Below are positions 10,149 through 21,060 of a stretch of 64,000 bases of DNA, in pieces. The notes beneath the pieces are model-generated. The model worked only from the letters and a program-made list of their open reading frames with translations, was not told where the DNA came from and searched no databases. The position numbers and the translations under genes were made by a program. Positions within the stretch are counted from its first letter, which is position 1. Each line of letters begins with the position of its first letter. The stretch comes from Longimicrobiales bacterium (GTDB taxonomy: Bacteria; Gemmatimonadota; Gemmatimonadetes; Longimicrobiales; Gaopeijiaceae), in contig OZ242008.1 in the NCBI GenBank assembly GCA_965204735.1, positions 3,456,001 through 3,520,000 on the forward strand, written 5' to 3'.

Positions 10149-11414
10149 ATGACCGTCATCGAAGCTGAACTGGGCCGCCGACTCCGGCTGGCCCGCAAGG
10201 CCTGGAACCTCACCCAGGGCGAGGTCGCCGAGGCCCTGGGGCTCTCCCGTTCCGCCGTCTCCGAGATGGAGGCGGGTCGCAGGGGCGTGTCCGGGCTGGA
10301 ACTGCACCGCCTGGCCCACCTCTACGGTCGGGACATGGCCGACTTCCTGGAAGAGGACTTCGAGCCGACCGCGACGATTGCCGCCCTCTTTCGCCGGCAC
10401 GCCAAGGTCTCGCTCAGCCCGTGCGCGATGGAGTCGCTGCGCCGCTGCATGGCGCTGGGACGCGAGACCGCCAACCTCGAGCGGAAGGTCGGCCGGAGTC
10501 GCGGGCAGCCCATGTTCCCCGCGTACCCCTGCACTCCGCCCGGAACGCGATGGGACGCCGTGCAGCAGGGCTCAACCGTGGCGGCTGACGAGAGGCGACG
10601 GCTGGAGCTCGAGAACCGACCACTGCCGGATGTGGCCTGCCTCCTGGAGTCCCAAGGCATCCGAACGACGTTGGCCGACATGCCCGGCGACATCTCGGGC
10701 GTCGCATTCATGGACTCCCGAACTGGCTTCGTGGTCGCGGCCAACCGATCGCATCCATTCCTGCGGCGGCGCTTCTCGTTCGCCCACGAGTACGCCCATC
10801 TCGTCTTTGATCGCGAGATGGAAGGGACCGTGAGCATCGCGGACGACAGGGACGCCCTTCGAGAGGTTCGGGCGAATGCGTTCGCCGCATCGTTCTTGAT
10901 GCCGGCCGACGGTGTCCGTGCCTTTGTCGCCGACCTCGCGAAGGGCCATCGCAGCCGCAGGCGGACGGATATCTACGACGAGAACGCACCGCTTCGGGTC
11001 AGCACCCGATCCAAGCCCGAGAGCCAGAGGCTCCAGATGCACGACATCGTCATGCTGGCGCATCACTTCACCGTCAGCTGTCCTGCCGTACTCTACCGGC
11101 TGGCCTCGTTGCGCTTGATCACGGACGAAGAGCGCGGGGCGCTGGCCGACCAACACCGGAACGGCGTCAGCCGTAATCTGCGGCGCTTCTTCGGCTTTCC
11201 AGAACCGGACGACGCAAGCGAGCGCGAGCAATTCCGAGCCCGTTTCTTGCACCTTGCGCTGGAGGCGTACCGCCAGGAAGAGATCACCAGGCGAAAGTTG
11301 CTGGAGCTGGTTCGGCTTGCAGGCGCAGGCGAGAGTGGCGATCTCCCCGGAATACTTGATGAACTTGCGGCCTCCACTATCCTACTCTCTACTAGACGTC
11401 GAGGACGTGAGTGA
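10149..11414 (+). CDS. XRE-family HTH fused to an ImmA/IrrE-family metallopeptidase
   Basis: HTH LTQGEVAEALGLSRSAVSEMEAGRR; RRRFSFAHEYAH (HExxH); EVRANAFAASFLMP. Confidence 0.9.
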   Translation: MTVIEAELGRRLRLARKAWNLTQGEVAEALGLSRSAVSEMEAGRRGVSGLELHRLAHLYGRDMADFLEEDFEPTATIAALFRRHAKVSLSPCAMESLRRCMALGRETANLERKVGRSRGQPMFPAYPCTPPGTRWDAVQQGSTVAADERRRLELENRPLPDVACLLESQGIRTTLADMPGDISGVAFMDSRTGFVVAANRSHPFLRRRFSFAHEYAHLVFDREMEGTVSIADDRDALREVRANAFAASFLMPADGVRAFVADLAKGHRSRRRTDIYDENAPLRVSTRSKPESQRLQMHDIVMLAHHFTVSCPAVLYRLASLRLITDEERGALADQHRNGVSRNLRRFFGFPEPDDASEREQFRARFLHLALEAYRQEEITRRKLLELVRLAGAGESGDLPGILDELAASTILLSTRRRGRE

Positions 11415-11442
11415 GATGCTTCCAGAAGCGCCTTCGATCCGG

Positions 11443-11922
11443 TCAGTATTCGTGCGTATCCGTGATGTGTCGGAAGTTGAAGGCCGATTCCGGTTCACTA
11501 TCCAAGGCCGCAATATACAACTGCAAGTCGACCGTCAGAAGTGGTCTTTCCGGAGAAGCTACTTCAAGGAGAGCCGCATCCGTCAAGCCGAGCCTTATAA
11601 AGTACCGGTTGCGAGCGGCAGTCGCGCTCTGAACAACCACTTCTCTGCTGTGCTCAATAAAATGGGCAAGCATCTCAAGGCATTGCGATCGCTCGGGTTC
11701 CCGGTGGTGACCTATCAAGTTGGACGCTTCTGTCAGGGTGTTGGGTGTCACAAAGACGTGGCCCGGTGCAGTAACCAGTTCGACCAAGCAATTGTAGTCT
11801 TCAGCGTCGAAAGCGGAGAGTCTCTTGTGCTTGGCTATCAATGACCGATCCGTTGCCCCTACCACCAAGAGGACGAGCAGGTTTGCGTCGACCAACCACT
11901 CGCGCGCAATATCGGAAGTCAT
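11443..11922 (-). CDS. PIN-domain protein, 159 aa
   Basis: WLVDANLL, TPNTLTEASN, LGLTDAALL and LLTVD acidic motifs; ATG overlaps the upstream stop (TGATG at 11920-11924). Confidence 0.85.
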   Translation of the reverse strand: MTSDIAREWLVDANLLVLLVVGATDRSLIAKHKRLSAFDAEDYNCLVELVTAPGHVFVTPNTLTEASNLIGHHREPERSQCLEMLAHFIEHSREVVVQSATAARNRYFIRLGLTDAALLEVASPERPLLTVDLQLYIAALDSEPESAFNFRHITDTHEY

Positions 11923-12239
11923 CAAGCAGCTGGATCCCTGTTCTTTACAGCCAAGACCTCGCCGTCGGCGTCTCGCAGAACGACAAGCTTGTAGGTGCGC
12001 GGGATTGGCGGTCGCGGAGGAGGACGCCGTGCCAGAAACGTCTGCGTCAGTGCGTCTTCCAGTACGTGCTTGGGCGGACTGTCCCAGGGCCGGGCAAACC
12101 CTATTGTGATTCTCCAAGCATGATCCTGGCTTTCATCGTCGAATTCGACCTCCTCCAGTCCGACGAAACGGATGTCTTCGTCGGTATACAGGTCGCGGAT
12201 ATAGTCCTTCGCCTTGGTGACGGCTTCTCGTACCTTCAT
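11922..12239 (-). CDS. Small hypothetical protein coupled to the PIN gene (possible antitoxin or partner), 105 aa
   Basis: MKVREAVTKAKDYIRDLY...GLEEVEFD...WRITIGF...YKLV; stop overlaps the PIN start. Confidence 0.75.
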   Translation of the reverse strand: MKVREAVTKAKDYIRDLYTDEDIRFVGLEEVEFDDESQDHAWRITIGFARPWDSPPKHVLEDALTQTFLARRPPPRPPIPRTYKLVVLRDADGEVLAVKNRDPAA

Positions 12240-12383
12240 GACGTTGCCCTCGTGTTCCAGAATCCGATGAGAAAGTTCGCCCAAGGAACAAGCTCGCCTG
12301 TTCGCCGCAGGCTTGCAAGCCCAATCGCTGGTCAGGAGAAGGATGGGCCGCAAGCACGCGACGTGCCCTCGGCCTTCGGTCCC

Positions 12384-13079
12384 TCAGCCCCCCACCAACA
12401 TCCCCGCCACCCCCGCCATGTCCCCCACCTCCCCGTCCGGCCGAGCATCCGCCGCCGGAGTCGCCCCGCCCCCCGGCGCCCGGCTGGCGCGGTTCACCCA
12501 CAAGGTGGCGTAGCCCAGCTGGGACGCGGGCGCGATGTCGTGGAACAGGCTTTGGGCCACGTGCAGGGTCCGCTTGCGGGGGACCTTCGAGCGGGCAGCC
12601 ATCTCGTCGAAGTGCTTGCGGGCCGGCTTGTAGCTTCGCACCTGCTGGGCGGTCACCACCCAGTCGAACGCGGTCTCGAGCCGAAGCTGCGTCTCGGCGA
12701 AGAGGTCGTCGTCCACGTTGGACACGATCCCCAGGCGGTAGCGGCGGGCCAGCCGGCCTAGCGCCTCGACGGTGTCGGGGAAGACGGGCCAGCGCCCGGG
12801 GGAACCCGCAAACCCCTCTTGTTCCTGGCGGCTCGGACGGAACCTCAGTGCGACGCCCATGCGACGGAGCGTGTCCGCCAGCACGTGGCGGTAGGAACGG
12901 TACCGGCCGCCTTGCGCGAGGTGTTCGGCCGCGGCGAACGCCGACAGCACCAGGGCGTCGGGGGGGTCCGAGCCGTGGGCCCGGCAGACGGGGCGCGCGG
13001 CGTCCAATATCCCCGTCTCCCAGTCGACCAGCGTGCCGTAGCAGTCGAAGGTCAGGAGCGAAAAGCGGTCCGGGTCCAC
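12384..13079 (-). CDS. HAD-superfamily hydrolase (haloacid dehalogenase type II-like)
   Basis: LTFDCYGTLVDWE, SNVDDD, SYKP and HVAQSLFHDI motifs. Confidence 0.9.
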   Translation of the reverse strand: MDPDRFSLLTFDCYGTLVDWETGILDAARPVCRAHGSDPPDALVLSAFAAAEHLAQGGRYRSYRHVLADTLRRMGVALRFRPSRQEQEGFAGSPGRWPVFPDTVEALGRLARRYRLGIVSNVDDDLFAETQLRLETAFDWVVTAQQVRSYKPARKHFDEMAARSKVPRKRTLHVAQSLFHDIAPASQLGYATLWVNRASRAPGGGATPAADARPDGEVGDMAGVAGMLVGG

Positions 13080-13086
13080 GGACGGC

Positions 13087-13593
13087 CTACATCTCCGGGA
13101 AGTCTGCGGTGGGCCCGAGGGTCTGGGGAACCGGCACGTCCAGGAGGCGGAGGTAGACGCCGAGCTGGGCGCGATGGTGGATCAGGTGGTCCAGGATGAA
13201 GCCGCGCAGGACAGCGCCCTTGGCCATGGTGAAGCGCTCCTCGCCGCCCACGAGCATCGTCCACGGCGCGGCGAACTCCTCGTCCGAGGCGCCCTCGATC
13301 AGGGCTCGCGCCATGGCGGCGTTCTTCTCCAGAGCCTCGACCAGCTCGGCGCTGGAACGGTACTCGGGCTGGGCGGGCGCGTCGCTTCCGTCGCCGGCGA
13401 CGTCGAACCGGGACATCGACATGGTGGCCTGGGTCCAGCTGGGGATGTTGGCCACGTGGCTCGCCAGCTTGCCCAGCGTCCAGGACCGTTCGTGCGGCTG
13501 CCACTCCATCCGGTCGTCGGGAACCGCTTCCAGAAGCGCCTTCGATCCGGCGACGATGTGGTCCAGTGCCGCTACGTAGCTCTTGGCTGACAC
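13087..13593 (-). CDS. DinB/YfiT-family protein
   Basis: WQPHERSWTLGKLASHVA and DHLIHHRAQLGVYLRLLDVPVP; RBS AAGGAGGA before GTG 13593. Confidence 0.85.
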   Translation of the reverse strand: MSAKSYVAALDHIVAGSKALLEAVPDDRMEWQPHERSWTLGKLASHVANIPSWTQATMSMSRFDVAGDGSDAPAQPEYRSSAELVEALEKNAAMARALIEGASDEEFAAPWTMLVGGEERFTMAKGAVLRGFILDHLIHHRAQLGVYLRLLDVPVPQTLGPTADFPEM

Positions 13594-13849
13594 GAAATCC
13601 TCCTTGTGGGTTGCGAAAGGCACCGGCCCCCAAAGCCGGACGGCGACCGGGGACGGCGCACGCCACAAGGTAAGGGTAACGGATCGCGCGACGAAACAGG
13701 CGGTCCGCGAGGGGCTGCGGTCGGCGGGCACTTCCGGGCACGCCATCGCCTGGACATCCTGACGCACCTCTTCGCCGGCTGGCGCCTCCCAGGGACGCCA
13801 CCGCCAGCCTCCAAGCCTTCGGACCCGTTCCGCCGATCCGCCTCGAGCG

Positions 13850-14245
13850 CTAGCCGCGTATCGTGCAGTGCTCGCCGTCCGCCTGGGCAAGGTCGGCGAC
13901 GGCTTCCTGCCCCACCTGCAGGAACGGGATCGTGGGGTAGCCGAGCTCCTGGGCAACCAGGACTCCCAGCACCAGGATCGCGTCGGGTTCGCCGACCACC
14001 ACGCCGGCCGGGGCGACGCTGTTGCGCAGCAGCTCCAGCATGATCGCGCTGGAGGAGCTGGAGCCGATCGTCCGCTCCATGACGACGATGCGACCGCCCA
14101 GCACCACTCCGTGCTGGGGATGGCGAGGGTCTGCGATCCGGCCCGATTCGGGGTCCACGCCGCCCCAGAAGCTGACGGGCTTGCGGATGACCAGGAGCCG
14201 CCCCTCGGCGCTCCCCGGGTGAACCACCGTGCCCGTCAGTTCCAC
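13850..14245 (-). CDS. Aconitase X swivel subunit (DUF126-like)
   Basis: PVSFWGGVDPESGRIADPRHP and GSSSSS motifs; start overlaps the stop of the catalytic subunit. Confidence 0.85.
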   Translation of the reverse strand: MELTGTVVHPGSAEGRLLVIRKPVSFWGGVDPESGRIADPRHPQHGVVLGGRIVVMERTIGSSSSSAIMLELLRNSVAPAGVVVGEPDAILVLGVLVAQELGYPTIPFLQVGQEAVADLAQADGEHCTIRG

Positions 14246-15501
14246 AGGCTCTCGTCGCGGACCACCCGGCCGCAGGCAGCCGACGCCACGCAGTCCTCCA
14301 GGCTCCCGTAGACCACGCCGTAGCCGGTGTTGGAAGGCGTGTAGTGGGCGAACTTGCCCGAGTTGGTCATGAGGACGCCGTCCGTCGGCGGCAGTACGGG
14401 AGCAACGACGACGCAGGTGTCCACCACGATCTCCACGCCCGCCCGCTCCAAGCGCGAAAGGCGGCCTTCCCGCTCCAGGCGAAGGCGCTCGGCGCGGCCC
14501 GTGCACACGTAGAACGGCGCCGCGAAGGGCGCGGGCGGAAGGAGGGCTTCCAGCTGGCGGAACTCGGCCAGGGAGAAGTGGGGGCTGCCGACGGCCACGA
14601 CGTCGATCGGACCGGAGCCGACGGTGCTGAGGGCGTCGCGGACGGCGCGCAGCTCGGCGGGCTCGGGCGTCGCGACCGACTCGGCCATTGCGCCGCCCAG
14701 CGCCGTGGACAGGTCGGGGGCCTCCGGCGTGACCCCCTCCACATGGAAGAGTCCCACGGCGCCGGACGAGGCGGCGGCCGCCCCCAGCGCCTTCAGCTGG
14801 TCTTCGGTGACGGTGCGGGGAAGGCCGGCGACGACGGCTACCCGGTCGCCCACCGCTTCTCCCAGCCACGCGCCCAGAACGGGGTAGAACACATCGCGCT
14901 CCTTGAGGGCCGCGCTCGCACCCCTGGTGTCCACGACGACCGTGGCGCGTCGGTTCTCGTCCAGGTGGAGTCCCGTGCGGGGCGCCCGTCCAGCTATGGC
15001 GCAGCAGATGTCCATGAAGTCGCCGTAGCGGTTGGTGCGGGCGCCCAGAACCGAGTTGGCGAAGGCGACGGCGTTGCTCTCCCCCCAGGCCACGTGCTCG
15101 CCCGTCGCAGGTCGGTGGCCAGCTTGGTACGGCGCGCACGTCCAGGTGGGGCGGCAGCCCAGCGCCTGGTACGCCTTCATCTGGCGAAGCGCCATCTCCC
15201 GGCGCCGGCCCGTGGAACGGACGCGGTCCGGGTTGAGAAGGTCCAGCGCGCCCACGTTCAAGGTGGCCGGCACGGCCGTCGATCCTCCCAGCTCGACCAG
15301 CCGCTCGGCGAACTCGGCGCCGCCGTCGCCGTGGTGCAGGCAGCCGTCGATGTGGGCCGACGCGACCTCCACCAGCTCCCGGGCGCCCAGGATCTCGCCC
15401 ATCCGAACGACGATCCGCATGGCCAGCTGCCGGGCGGGGCCGGCTTCGCCGCGCAAGAGGGCGGCTTCCTCGTCGGAGAGCAGCAGGGGGGCGCGGGTCA
15501 C
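14236..15501 (-). CDS. Aconitase X catalytic subunit (DUF521-like)
   Basis: AHIDGC, TWTCAPY, WGESNAVAFANSVLGARTN, GSPHFS, DTC and MTNSGKFAHY motifs; start approximate (GTG 15501). Confidence 0.88.
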   Translation of the reverse strand: MTRAPLLLSDEEAALLRGEAGPARQLAMRIVVRMGEILGARELVEVASAHIDGCLHHGDGGAEFAERLVELGGSTAVPATLNVGALDLLNPDRVRSTGRRREMALRQMKAYQALGCRPTWTCAPYQAGHRPATGEHVAWGESNAVAFANSVLGARTNRYGDFMDICCAIAGRAPRTGLHLDENRRATVVVDTRGASAALKERDVFYPVLGAWLGEAVGDRVAVVAGLPRTVTEDQLKALGAAAASSGAVGLFHVEGVTPEAPDLSTALGGAMAESVATPEPAELRAVRDALSTVGSGPIDVVAVGSPHFSLAEFRQLEALLPPAPFAAPFYVCTGRAERLRLEREGRLSRLERAGVEIVVDTCVVVAPVLPPTDGVLMTNSGKFAHYTPSNTGYGVVYGSLEDCVASAACGRVVRDESLWN

Positions 15502-15574
15502 GGGCGGGCGGCAGGGTTCGGCGGAGGAGGGGGCTTGGGGGACCGTCGGGCGGGGCAATATACTGACGGTGCCG

Positions 15575-18526
<2,952 letters not shown>

Positions 18527-18571
18527 TAGCAAGCCGACCGCAACCGCACGGCCAGAAGACAGGACCCGCCA

Positions 18572-19954
18572 ATGACTCAGCTCGACTCCTCGACAACGCA
18601 GCCCCAAGCCCGTCCGGCCTCCTACCGCTTCGCCTGCTTGACCCTGCTCGCAGGGGCGCTCCTTCTCGGCAGCTGCAGCCAGCGCGACATCCTCTACGAC
18701 CAGAACAGCGACCTCTTCGTGTACGGCGTGCGGTTCTGGAACGGATCGGCCGCCAACATGGGGTCCGGCCCGTCGCTGCTCCAGTTCGCCGAGGGGCGGA
18801 TGGTGTCGCTCATCCCCATGCGCGACACGGCGGAAGTGTTGCGCATGGCCCGGAAGCGGCGCGCAGAGGCCGTGGACGCCACCGGGCTGTTCATGATACC
18901 CGGGCTGGTGAACTCCCACGGCCACGTCGGCAGCACATGGCGGGAGGACTCGGGAGTCGACTACGCCGACTACGTGACCGCCGAGCTGGAGCGCTACGCC
19001 CGCTTCGGCGTGACCACCGTGGTGAGCCTGGGGGGCGCTCGGCCGCCGGCGTTCGATCTCCGGGACGCCAGCTGGGGCGAGGGAAGCTTGGGGCGGGCGC
19101 GCTTGCGGCTGGCGGGTCAGGTCGTTGTCGGCGAGACGCCGGAGGAAGCCGTCGTCGCCGTGGACCAGGCCGCGAGCGCCGGCGCAGACTGGATCAAGAT
19201 CCGCGTCGACGACAACCTGGGAACCGTCCCCAAGATGCTGCCGGACGTCTACCAGGCCGTCATCGAGCGCGCTGCCGAGCATGAACTCCGGGTCGCGTCC
19301 CACTTGTTCTACGAGGAAGACGCCAAGGGGCTGCTGCGCGCCGGGACCGGGCTGGTCGCCCACAGCATCCGAGACGCGGACGTGGACGACGAGACGATCC
19401 AGCTCTTCCTGGAAACCGGCGTCTGCTACGTCCCCACCCTCACGCGCGAGGTGTCGGCGTTCGCCTACGGGGAGCGCCCGGCGTTCCTGGACGACCCCTT
19501 CCTGACCCAGGACGTGGACTCGGCCCAGGTGCGGGCGATGACTCACCCGCAACGCCAGGAGCGGTTCCGCCAGTCCCCCCAGACGGCTGCGTACCGGGAA
19601 GCGTTGCAGGTCGCCCAGCGCAACCTGAAGCGGCTGGCCGACGCCGGCGTCACGATCGCCTTCGGCACGGACTCGGGTCCGATCGGCCGCTTCCAGGGCT
19701 ACTTCGAGCACATGGAGCTCGAGCTGATGGCGGAGGCCGGGCTGACCCCGAAGCAGATACTCCGCTCGGCGACGGAGAAGGCGGCGCAGTGCATGGGGCT
19801 GGACGGCGTGGGAACGCTCGAGCCCGGCCGAGGCAGGCTGGTCCCGGGAAATCGGGCGGACTTCATCCTGTTGCGGGCGAACCCGATGGACGACGTGCGC
19901 AACCTCCGCGAGATAGAGTCGGTGTGGGTAGGCGGAAAGCCGATCAGCCGATGA
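18572..19954 (+). CDS. Amidohydrolase-family lipoprotein
   Basis: Lipobox-like LLGSC; IPGLVNSHGH; FGTDSG; ADFILLRANPMDD. Confidence 0.85.
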   Translation: MTQLDSSTTQPQARPASYRFACLTLLAGALLLGSCSQRDILYDQNSDLFVYGVRFWNGSAANMGSGPSLLQFAEGRMVSLIPMRDTAEVLRMARKRRAEAVDATGLFMIPGLVNSHGHVGSTWREDSGVDYADYVTAELERYARFGVTTVVSLGGARPPAFDLRDASWGEGSLGRARLRLAGQVVVGETPEEAVVAVDQAASAGADWIKIRVDDNLGTVPKMLPDVYQAVIERAAEHELRVASHLFYEEDAKGLLRAGTGLVAHSIRDADVDDETIQLFLETGVCYVPTLTREVSAFAYGERPAFLDDPFLTQDVDSAQVRAMTHPQRQERFRQSPQTAAYREALQVAQRNLKRLADAGVTIAFGTDSGPIGRFQGYFEHMELELMAEAGLTPKQILRSATEKAAQCMGLDGVGTLEPGRGRLVPGNRADFILLRANPMDDVRNLREIESVWVGGKPISR

Positions 19955-20009
19955 TCGGAGGAGCGATCAGGCGCGTCTGGCCGCCGAGACGCACGCGCCA
20001 GGAGATGTG

Positions 20010-21032
20010 TCAGCTCGTCAGCACCCGCACGGCGTCGTCGAGGGACTTCCGCAGGTCCAGCGACAGCGACCGCAACAACCACGCCGGGTAGCGCCCGTAT
20101 TCGTCGGCGTGCGCGGCTGCAGTAATCAGCCGGCATGCCCCGCGGACGCCCATGATCAAGTTGTACGCCCATCGCGACTCCATGCTCGGCATCTTGCGGC
20201 TGGGGCGGACGAGCACTGTCAGCAGGGCCTCCCGAGAATCGCCCAGGCTCGCAGACTCCAGCCGGGCAGCACGGGCCAAGCGCTCGGCAAGCCTTACCAG
20301 ATCATTGGCCGACTTCGCATCCGCCAAGCGCCAGATTCGACCCACCAGGGTAGGGCCCCTGGCCGTACTCGGTCGGTAGTACCTCGGGTTTTTGACGACA
20401 GCCAACTTCTCTTCGACGGCAGTCAGCAGTTCACCGTAGGAGGCCGCTTTCGCGGGCCTGTCCCGGCATTCGTCGAGAAAAGCACCGACTAACCGCGGGG
20501 CCGCGTCCAGCCCGGCCCTGAACCGTCTTAGCAGCACCCGGTCCAACTCGAAGAGCAAACGACAAAGCTCGCCTGTGTCGACTTCGGACAAGGGTACCGC
20601 GGCCCGCATCGTCAGGTCGGTAACCGACACGTCGACCAGCTGTCCCGGCGACACCGGGAACCACTCCGGCAGGTGAAGCGGCGACGTGCTGACGGTCAGC
20701 TCGAAGCGCTTTCGCGACACAACAACCACGTCGAGCGAGCCGGTCGCTTGAACCAAGCCCTTCAGAGGCGGTGCGAGCATCTCGTCCTTGATCTCCTCAA
20801 GCGTACTCGCCAGATCGTCCACGATCATGTCGGGATGCGTGAAGCGCTTGGCCCGGGGAGAAACTGAACAAACCGCCTCCTCCGACGTCAGAAGCTTCAT
20901 GGCCGCGACGAACGCGCTTCGGCCACTAGGTTCGGTCTCGTGAGTCGCCGTAACCCAGTAGAACCGGAGCGGCTCCTCCGGCCCTCGCCGGCGCAACCGC
21001 ATTTCCTGAACGATGTCGCGTGGCTTGATCAT
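20010..21032 (-). CDS. Hypothetical protein, 340 aa; partner of the STAND-like ATPase
   Basis: Long ORF with globular composition and a GGAGG RBS; 28 nt downstream of the ATPase on the same strand. Confidence 0.75.
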   Translation of the reverse strand: MIKPRDIVQEMRLRRRGPEEPLRFYWVTATHETEPSGRSAFVAAMKLLTSEEAVCSVSPRAKRFTHPDMIVDDLASTLEEIKDEMLAPPLKGLVQATGSLDVVVVSRKRFELTVSTSPLHLPEWFPVSPGQLVDVSVTDLTMRAAVPLSEVDTGELCRLLFELDRVLLRRFRAGLDAAPRLVGAFLDECRDRPAKAASYGELLTAVEEKLAVVKNPRYYRPSTARGPTLVGRIWRLADAKSANDLVRLAERLARAARLESASLGDSREALLTVLVRPSRKMPSMESRWAYNLIMGVRGACRLITAAAHADEYGRYPAWLLRSLSLDLRKSLDDAVRVLTS

Positions 21033-21060
21033 CGCCGCCCGCCTCCCCCCTGACCTCTGC

